A stretch of DNA of 64,000 nt from Deltaproteobacteria bacterium. Lineage in GTDB: Bacteria > Myxococcota_A > UBA796 > SXON01. Shown piece after piece: positions 63,144 to 64,000 of this stretch. Numbering within the stretch: position 1 is the stretch's first letter; each line of letters begins with the position of its first letter. The stretch spans positions 55,178 through 119,177 of the forward strand of contig CANFCK010000014.1 of NCBI GenBank assembly GCA_947445035.1, in the 5' to 3' direction. Under the pieces are notes generated by a model. It did no database searches and was not told where the DNA came from. It was given only the letters and a program-made list of their open reading frames with translations. The position numbers and the translations under genes were made by a program.

Positions 63144-64000
63144 CTATTCCCCGCCGTAGATGAGCCAGCCCTCCCCCTGCGCGGTCAGAGGGTTCCACCC
63201 GCTGCAGAGGAGGTCGGGCGCTCCATCACCGTTGACGTCCAGTTCGCCGGCCAGCGATGCCCCCTCAGACTCGCTCCCGCTCGCGGCGATCGTTGCCCAG
63301 GCGTCGGCTGCCAAAATGGAGCCGCTGAACGCCGCCGCTCCCTCGATGAGCCACGCCGAACCTCCATCGACGTCCTCCCGCGAGTTTCCGATGCCCAACT
63401 CCGGGTAGCCGTCCCCGCTTAGGTCGCCCGCCCCAGCCACCGATCGACCCGCCGCTGCCCCTGCTGTCGGCCCATGAACCAACGCGTCGGCGGCGATGCT
63501 GATGGACCGCCCGCCGGCGATGGTCGCAGAACCAAGCAGGACGTAGACCCCTCCTGCGCCGCTCGACAGGCCCGGCGCCGAGAAGGCCGCGTCATCCCTG
63601 CCGTCTCGGTTGAGGTCTCCCACACCCGCCATGGAGGAGAACGTGTCGTCCTCAACCGGACCGGAGAAGACCTCCGCCGCGCTGGCGGGCTCACCCGACG
63701 TCTGGCGCGCGCTGTCGCCAGGAAACACAAAGGCGCGGTGTTCGCCGGTCGACGAGTCGACTGCGGCGTCCCAAATGGCGAACTCGGGAAGGCCGTCGCC
63801 GTCGAGGTCGCCGAGCGCGCTGGCTTGGTGCCCCCCGTCTTCCGAATCCACGCTCGACCGCAAAACCACAGCCTCCTCCAATCCAATCTCCCTCCCACCG
63901 CCGACGCCGTCGCCGTAGTACAAAAAAGCGGCGCCGCTCCCCTGGTACAGGTAGTCGCCGACGAGGGTGTCGCCGAAGCCGTCGCCGTCGATGTCGCCGA
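63144..64000 (-). CDS. FG-GAP-repeat protein (3' part only; the gene continues beyond the window end)
   Basis: Repeated 'GDLDGDGxPE', 'GDLNRDGRDD' and 'GDLSGDGYPELGIG' FG-GAP units. The frame is open to position 64000. Confidence 0.55.
   Translation of the reverse strand, partial: GDIDGDGFGDTLVGDYLYQGSGAAFLYYGDGVGGGREIGLEEAVVLRSSVDSEDGGHQASALGDLDGDGLPEFAIWDAAVDSSTGEHRAFVFPGDSARQTSGEPASAAEVFSGPVEDDTFSSMAGVGDLNRDGRDDAAFSAPGLSSGAGGVYVLLGSATIAGGRSISIAADALVHGPTAGAAAGRSVAGAGDLSGDGYPELGIGNSREDVDGGSAWLIEGAAAFSGSILAADAWATIAASGSESEGASLAGELDVNGDGAPDLLCSGWNPLTAQGEGWLIYGGE

Overview
This is a high-GC (~70%) bacterial chromosomal segment. Codon bias is strong enough that antisense and off-frame ORFs are frequent artefacts; I kept only ORFs with recognisable protein-like sequence or operon context. 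Lineage is probably Myxococcota-like, possibly Anaeromyxobacter-like, judged from MopE/TSP3-type Cys-Asp motifs, PEGA and FG-GAP lipoproteins, many lipobox signal peptides and a selenoprotein SelD. This placement is inference only.

Content:
- Housekeeping genes: a TPR protein, secA, aspS, bioA, selD (with an in-frame UGA selenocysteine codon and a SECIS-like hairpin), and sat.
- A large flagellar gene cluster on the minus strand: fliF-fliG-fliH-fliI, then fliJ, then fliK-flgD-flgE-fliL-fliM-fliN-fliO-fliP-fliQ-fliR-flhB, plus an orphan flgI. Non-flagellar inserts interrupt this cluster.
- A ~1,420-aa polyanionic lipoprotein made of ~50 tandem Cys-bracketed Asp-rich (TSP3/MopE-like) motifs, translationally coupled to a PEGA-domain protein.
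- A divergent paralogous pair of beta-propeller plus di-haem cytochrome-c-peroxidase-like lipoproteins.
- Three different SPFH-family proteins, one of them flotillin-like with internal SPFH-fragment repeats.
- An FAD oxidoreductase coupled to a CcoG/NapH-like membrane polyferredoxin.
- Several hypothetical lipoproteins, a Tat-exported Fe/Mn SOD and a fused RHH-PIN ORF.
- Short tandem repeats: (GTCCGC)5, 27-bp x3 inside fliL, 9-bp repeats, and a ~44-nt duplicated gene-junction.

No rRNA, tRNA, CRISPR array or obvious IS/transposase genes were seen.
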